Assembly (NCBI GenBank): GCA_040386535.1
Contig: JAZKFH010000032.1
Location: 160,001-224,000 of the forward strand
DNA length: 64,000 bases
Origin: Myxococcota bacterium
GTDB taxonomy: Bacteria > Myxococcota_A > UBA796 > SXON01
Reading direction: 5' to 3'
Numbering within the stretch: position 1 is the stretch's first letter; each line of letters starts with the position of its first letter. Below, in pieces: positions 57,473 through 64,000 of this stretch. The notes beneath the pieces were generated by a model that worked only from the letters and a program-made list of their open reading frames with translations, was not told the origin of the DNA and made no database searches. Position numbers and translations under genes: made by a program.

Positions 57473-57490
57473 ACGTGCAGTATACTTCCA
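57444..57490. promoter_or_regulatory. Putative BoxR operator pair with overlapping divergent -10 boxes
   Basis: TGCAGTATCTTGCCA (57444) and TGCAGTATACTTCCA (57476); the AGTATACT palindrome gives TATACT on both strands. Confidence 0.55.
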
Positions 57491-57507
57491 CATCCGGACC
57501 CGGTGCC

Positions 57508-59126
57508 ATGGCTGAAGTCTCCTTCCCTCCCGTCTCCTTCGACACGCATCCCACGCGCTACGCGCACTGGCAGCTCTCGGTCGAGGGCGCGGTCGCCACG
57601 ATGACCATGCGGGTGCAGGAAGATCGGCCGATGTGGCCCGGCTACGAGCTCAAGCTCAACAGCTACGATCTGTCCGTCGACATCGAGCTCGCCGACGCCG
57701 TGCAGCGCCTCCGCTTCGAGCATCCCGAGGTGCGCGCCGTGGTGGTCACCGGCGGGTACGACAAGATCTTCTGCGCGGGCGCGAACATCCGCATGCTCGC
57801 GAGCTCCAGCCACGCGTTCAAGGTGAACTTCTGCAAGTTCACCAACGAGACCCGCTGCGGCATCGAGGACGCGACGACCCACAGCGGCCAGACCTGGATC
57901 GCGGCGCTCAACGGCACGGCGTCCGGCGGCGGCTACGAGCTGGCCGAGGCGTGCGAGGAGATCTACCTCATCGATGACGGCAACTCGGCCGTCTCCCTGC
58001 CCGAAGTGCCTCTGCTCGGCGTGCTCCCCGGCACCGGCGGCCTCACGCGCCTCACCGACAAGCGGAAGGTCCGGCGCGACATGGCCGACCTGTTCTGCAC
58101 CAAGGCCGAGGGCTTCAAGGCGCGCGACGCGGTGAAGTATCGCTTCGTGGACGGGAGTTTTCCCCGCTCCAAGTGGGCCGACGGCATCAAGGCCCGCGCC
58201 GCCGCCATCGTGGCCGCCGCCAGGCCCCGCGAGGCCACAGGCTTCCCCCTCCCCGCGGTGCTCCCCGAGACCACGGCCGACGGCTTCGCCTACCGCTCCA
58301 TCAAGGTGCAGATCGACCCGGTCGCCCGCACTGCCGCGCTGACCATCCTCGCGCCGACGGACGCCCCGAGCGCCACGGCCGACACGTGGTCCCTCCGCGC
58401 GTGGCGCGAGCTCGACGACGCGCTGCTGCGCCTGCGCTTCAACTACCTCGACATCGGGCTCGTCACCATGCGCGCGCTGGGCGAGGCCGACGCCGTGCTC
58501 GCGCACGACGCCGCGCTGGACGACGGCTCGTGGTTCGCCACCGAGGTCCGCTTCTTCCAGGCGCGCGTGCTCCGCCGCCTCGACAACATGGCGAAGTCGC
58601 TCTTCTCCATCCTCGAGCCCGGCAACGCCTTCGCGGGCAGCCTGTTCGAGGTGGTGCTCGCCTCCGACCGCTCCTACATGCTCGCGGACGACGACGGCGA
58701 GAACCGCGTCCGCGTCACCGCGGCGAGCGGCGGCCGCTTCCCGATGTCGAGCGGCCAGTCACGCCTCCAGGCCCGGTTCCCCGGCACCCCCGATCTGATC
58801 GCCAAGGTGCTCGCGGTGAACGACTGGATCGACGCCACCAAGGCCGAGCGGCTCGAGCTGGTCACGGCGACGCCCGACGCGATCGACTGGGACGACGAGG
58901 TGCGCATCGCCGTCGAGGAGCGCATCAGCCTCTCGCCCGACGCGCTCACCGGCATGGAGCAGAACCTGCGCTTCGGCGGCGCGGAGTCCTGCGACACCAA
59001 GATCTTCGGTCGTCTCACCGCGTGGCAGAACTGGATCTTCCAGCGCCCCAACGCGGTCGGCGAGCGGGGAGCTCTCAAGATGTTCGGCGCGCCCGAGCGG
59101 GCCGTCTTCGACTACCGGAGGACCTG

Positions 59127-59127
<1 letters not shown>
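57508..59127 (+). CDS. boxC: 2,3-epoxybenzoyl-CoA dihydrolase
   Basis: YELKLNSYDLSVDIELADAVQRLRFEHP, FCKFTNETR, LPEVPLLGVLPGTGG, FGRLTAWQNWIFQRPNAVG. Confidence 0.95.
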
Positions 59128-60542
<1,415 letters not shown>

Positions 60543-60551
60543 GGGCCGCTG

Positions 60552-60857
60552 ATGGGACTGCGCGACCGCATCGGGGGTGGCCTGGAGCGCGCCCTCGGCC
60601 TCGGCCCCTCCGACGAGCCGCGGGCGCTTTCGGTCGAGGGGCCGCCGCGGCGCGCGGTCCGGCCCGTCGTGTCGACGCCGGGCGCGCGCGTTCGCCTGTC
60701 CCGCGATGGCTGGGACGGCGAGCTCGCCCGTGTGTTGCTCATGTGTCACCGCAGGGGCGTGCCCGTGGAGCTCGTGGAGGGGGAGAACGGGATCTGGCTC
60801 GATGGTTTGGCGGTGTCGTCCCTCGAGCTGCGCGCCCGCCTCACTGATACACGGTGA
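60552..60857 (+). CDS. Hypothetical protein, possibly degenerate thioredoxin/glutaredoxin-like fold
   Basis: 101 aa filling the gap between boxB and crcB exactly; no CxxC. Confidence 0.55.
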   Translation: MGLRDRIGGGLERALGLGPSDEPRALSVEGPPRRAVRPVVSTPGARVRLSRDGWDGELARVLLMCHRRGVPVELVEGENGIWLDGLAVSSLELRARLTDTR

Positions 60858-60860
60858 ACC

Positions 60861-61220
60861 ATGCCGCCGCTTCGTGAGGTCCTGCTCGTCGCGCTCGGCG
60901 GCGGGCTCGGCTCGACCCTCCGCTTCCTCGCGGCCTCAGCGATGACGCGCCTCTTCCCCGCGTTTCCGCTCGGCACGCTGCTCGTGAACGTGGTCGGGTG
61001 CTTCGCGATGGGCCTGCTCGCCGGGCTGACCTCGGACCGCTCGCTGCGCGCCGCGCTCGGCGTGGGGCTGCTCGGAGGGTTCACCACGTTCTCCGCCTTC
61101 GGCGGCGACACGCTGGCGCTCGCGCAGGGCGGGGCGATGAAGCTCGCGGCGGTGAACGTGCTCGCGAACGTCGGCCTCGGGCTGCTCGCGGTGTGGGCCG
61201 GGCGCGCGCTGGTGAGCTGA
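60861..61220 (+). CDS. crcB: Fluoride channel Fluc/CrcB
   Basis: GGGLGSTLRF, FPLGTLLVNVVGCF, GLLGGFTTFSAF; four TMs, 119 aa. Confidence 0.93.
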   Translation: MPPLREVLLVALGGGLGSTLRFLAASAMTRLFPAFPLGTLLVNVVGCFAMGLLAGLTSDRSLRAALGVGLLGGFTTFSAFGGDTLALAQGGAMKLAAVNVLANVGLGLLAVWAGRALVS

Positions 61221-61223
61221 CCG

Positions 61224-61883
61224 CTACGGCGCGGGGGACGAGGGCGTCCATCCGCCGGGATAATCGCCGGCCAACCGAAGCTCGCGGGCCCCGAAGTGCA
61301 GCGTGACCCCGCCCGCCAGGAGCCCGACCATACCCGCGACGGAGAGCACGGTGTTGCCGCCGCTCGGGTAGACGTCGATCCCGTAGTTGCTCCGCAACGA
61401 GGCCCACGAGACATTGGGCGACGGGCCGACGACACCGGAGCCGGCGAGCAGGCTCGCGCCGCCTGTCGCGAGGAGCAATGCGCCAATGCCGGTGCTGACT
61501 CCGCCGCGCCGGGCGTGCGCCACCCGGGCGGACGGGGGCCCGGGCAACACGTCCCGCTCGTCCGGCGCGTCGTGGATCTCCGCGGCGAGCACGCGTGGAT
61601 CCGCCCACGGCACCGGGCTGGCGGGCGGCGGCGTCGTCAGCGCGCCGGACTGGGCGGCCTCGGCCTGCTCGGCCTGCCCGATCGTGTACCCCCACGTCGT
61701 GAGTGTCTCTGCGCTCACGCCGCGGCGGAGCAGGTAGACGGCGGTGGGCGCGTCGGTCCCCACGCTCTCGGCCATGCGGGCGGCGGTCTCGACGGGGAGG
61801 CCACGCCCGTGGGCGAGCACGAGGTCCTCGGCGGTGAAGGTGGCGGCGTGGGCAGACAGGGCGGCGATCAGGAGGAGGGACAT
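61224..61883 (-). CDS. Hypothetical exported/membrane protein, paralogue 1
   Basis: Signal peptide AHA-ATFTAEDL, two C-terminal hydrophobic segments; similar to the neighbouring gene. Confidence 0.7.
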   Translation of the reverse strand: MSLLLIAALSAHAATFTAEDLVLAHGRGLPVETAARMAESVGTDAPTAVYLLRRGVSAETLTTWGYTIGQAEQAEAAQSGALTTPPPASPVPWADPRVLAAEIHDAPDERDVLPGPPSARVAHARRGGVSTGIGALLLATGGASLLAGSGVVGPSPNVSWASLRSNYGIDVYPSGGNTVLSVAGMVGLLAGGVTLHFGARELRLAGDYPGGWTPSSPAP

Positions 61884-61905
61884 CGGGGGCTCCGGCGGGC
61901 AGGGA

Positions 61906-62736
61906 TCAGAGGGCAGTCTCATCGAGCCAGGCGCCGCGATCACTCGCGGCGAGGCGGAGCTGGCGGGCCCCGAAGTGAAAGGTGACGCTCCCCGCGAGGA
62001 CGCCGAGCGCGCCCGCGGCCATCATCAGCGGGTTCGGCTCGCCTACGGTCGAGAGGGAGAGCGCGCCCCCGTAGTCCAGCCGACCCCACGAGTAGCCCCC
62101 GCCGCCCCAGCTGTTCGTGGGCAGGTCCGGGCCCATCGCACCGCCGAGAATGGTCATCGTCCCCGCGATCGCGAGGATGGATCCGAAGGCTACCCCGGTG
62201 TTCCCGCGGCGCTGGTGCACCACGTAGGAGGGGAGGCCGCGCCGCGGCGCGTCGGTGTCGAGCAGCGAGTCCCGTACGGCATGGTCGATCGGGCGCGCGT
62301 CCACCCACACGTCGCGCACCTCGGGGCGCTCGACGGTGACCACGTCGGCGGAGGTCCGGAGCACCACGCGCGCCGGCTCCAGGTCCACCACGTTGCCCGC
62401 GACGCGTGGCCCTTCGTTGCGTTCGAGGCCCACCGGGAGCTCCGTCATCTCGGACCAGTCGGTGTCCGACACCCCGGCCACGGGGGCCGCGAGCGCGCCG
62501 AGCCGCATCGCCGTGATGCCCTCCGCGTCGGCGACGGCGTACCCCCACGCCCGCACCGCCTCGGGCGGCACTCCGCGTCGCAACAGGTAGACAGCCGTGT
62601 CGGAGCCGGTGCCGACGCTCTCGGCCATCCTGGCGGTGGTCTCCGTCGCGAGGCCCCGCGCGTGCGCGCGCACGAGGTCTTCGGCGGTGAACGTGGCCGC
62701 GTGTGTGGGGAACGCGGCGGCGAGAAGCAGGATCAT
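61906..62736 (-). CDS. Hypothetical exported/membrane protein, paralogue 2
   Basis: THA-ATFTAEDLVRAHARGL...AVYLLRRGV and HFGARQLRLA shared with paralogue 1. Confidence 0.7.
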   Translation of the reverse strand: MILLLAAAFPTHAATFTAEDLVRAHARGLATETTARMAESVGTGSDTAVYLLRRGVPPEAVRAWGYAVADAEGITAMRLGALAAPVAGVSDTDWSEMTELPVGLERNEGPRVAGNVVDLEPARVVLRTSADVVTVERPEVRDVWVDARPIDHAVRDSLLDTDAPRRGLPSYVVHQRRGNTGVAFGSILAIAGTMTILGGAMGPDLPTNSWGGGGYSWGRLDYGGALSLSTVGEPNPLMMAAGALGVLAGSVTFHFGARQLRLAASDRGAWLDETAL

Positions 62737-62850
62737 CGGGGGCTCCGGGGGCGGTCGGGTTCGGCTTGACACAGTCTAGACATGACTCGCCGGGCTTGGG
62801 GGAGCGGGTGTGGAAAAAGCCGCGGCCACCGGCGCGCGATAGGAGGCGCC

Positions 62851-63363
62851 ATGCCTTCCGAGCACATCCTCTCGCTCTCGGTGAACGGAGAGCCGGTCCG
62901 CCGGCTGGTCCCGTCGCACCGCTCGCTCCTCGAGCTGCTGCGTGACGACCTCGATCTCACCGGCACCAAGCACGGGTGCGACGTGGGCGACTGCGGCGCC
63001 TGCACCGTGCTGGTCGACGGGGTGGCGCGACTCTCGTGCATCACCCTCGCCGTGGAGATGGCGGGGCGCGAGGTGGGCACGATCGAGGGCGTTGCGCAGG
63101 GCGACCGCCTGCACCCCGTGCAGACCGCGTTCGACAAACACGTCGCCAGCCAGTGCGGCTACTGCACGCCAGGCATCGTGCTCGCGCTCATCGCGCTGCT
63201 GGAGGAGGACCCCCACCCCGACGACGACACGCTGAAGCAGACGCTCGGCTCCAACATCTGCCGCTGCACCGGCTACACGAAGATCCTCGCCGCCGCGCGG
63301 GAAGCCGCCGGGCGTGCCCCTCCGGAAGGGCCTGGCTCCGAGACCACCGGGGGCGCCCGATGA
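62851..63363 (+). CDS. Xanthine-dehydrogenase-family 2[2Fe-2S] small subunit (HcrC-like)
   Basis: GTKHGCDVGDCGACTVLVDG, SC, QCGYCTPG, NICRCTGY; AGGAGG RBS before ATG 62851. Confidence 0.9.
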   Translation: MPSEHILSLSVNGEPVRRLVPSHRSLLELLRDDLDLTGTKHGCDVGDCGACTVLVDGVARLSCITLAVEMAGREVGTIEGVAQGDRLHPVQTAFDKHVASQCGYCTPGIVLALIALLEEDPHPDDDTLKQTLGSNICRCTGYTKILAAAREAAGRAPPEGPGSETTGGAR

Positions 63364-64000
63364 GCCACGGCCCCGCCGACAACCACGCCGGGCAGCCCGC
63401 CGAGGGTGGCGTGCTCGGGCGCAGCGGCCCGAAGATCGACGGCCGCGCCCGCATCACCGGCCAGGCCCGCTTCGTGGCGGACATGAAGCTTCCGCGCATG
63501 GTGCACGGCAAGTTCCTCCGCTCCCCCCACGCCCACGCGCGCATCGTCTCCATCGACCTGACGCGCGCGCTGGCGCTCCCCGGCGTGGTCGGCGCGATGC
63601 GCGGCGAGGACCTCCCGCGGCGCTACGGCGCCATCCCGGTGACCCAGGACGAGACCGCGCTGGCGCTCGGCAAGGTGCGATACATCGGCGAGCCGGTCGT
63701 GTGTATCGCCGCCATCGACGAGGAGACGGCGATGGCCGCGTGCCGCCTCGTCGACGTGGTCTACGAGCCGCTCGACACCGTGCTCTCCATCGACGACGCG
63801 CTGAATCCCGCCAAGCCGCTCGTGCACGATGAGGCGCGCAAACCCTCGAACATCCTGCGCCGCGTGTGGCAGGACTACGGCGATGTCAACGCGGGCTTCG
63901 CAGCCGCGGACCTCGTGATCGAGGACACGTATCACTACCCCGGCAGCACCCACGTGCCGCTCGAGAGCCACGCCGCGCTCGCCCAGCCCGAGCCGGACGG
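63360..64000 (+). CDS. Xanthine-dehydrogenase-family molybdopterin large subunit (HcrA-like), partial
   Basis: Not in the ORF track because it has no stop in the window. Manual translation: IDGRARITGQARFVAD...LRSPHAHARI...YGAIPVTQDETALALGKVRYIGEPV...NILRRV...GDV...HVPLE; ATG overlaps the small-subunit stop. Confidence 0.85.
   Translation, partial: MSHGPADNHAGQPAEGGVLGRSGPKIDGRARITGQARFVADMKLPRMVHGKFLRSPHAHARIVSIDLTRALALPGVVGAMRGEDLPRRYGAIPVTQDETALALGKVRYIGEPVVCIAAIDEETAMAACRLVDVVYEPLDTVLSIDDALNPAKPLVHDEARKPSNILRRVWQDYGDVNAGFAAADLVIEDTYHYPGSTHVPLESHAALAQPEPD

Overview
High-GC bacterial chromosomal window whose gene content (PilY1/minor pilins, a GltC-like protein with an OM beta-barrel, MopE-type Cys/Asp repeats, an SgmX-like TPR protein) points to Myxococcota or a related deltaproteobacterial lineage; this taxonomy is inferred, not searched. 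Left to right: a minus-strand run pilMNOPQ-aroK-aroB-lipoprotein-TPR-aroQ-accB-accC-TPR; a membrane/methyltransferase-like/TPR gene; a fimU-pilV-pilW-pilX-pilY1 cluster behind an orphan sigma-54 response regulator; two GT4 glycosyltransferases around a YbjN-like gene; tolQRAB without pal; ppx; a MopE-repeat lipoprotein; a tamB-Omp85 operon; tRNA-Gly(CCC); clpS-clpA; a beta-helix/HEAT/VWA-lipoprotein/beta-barrel/gltC module; marC; thiD; and an aromatic-CoA catabolism locus (boxR-boxC-boxB-orf-crcB, two novel paralogues, then hcrC/hcrA-like molybdoenzyme subunits). No CRISPR array, integrase, transposase or prophage gene was seen. Best leads: (1) a fluoride channel packed into a boxA-less box operon next to a 4-hydroxybenzoyl-CoA-reductase-like enzyme; (2) a compact gliding/adhesion OM module with extra novel genes; (3) a 17-bp triple repeat that builds stacked -10 boxes on one strand and chained mini-ORFs on the other; (4) TolB with a lipobox and no adjacent Pal; (5) recurrent leaderless-gene geometry; (6) a tRNA with C55. 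All family assignments come from motif recognition by eye.
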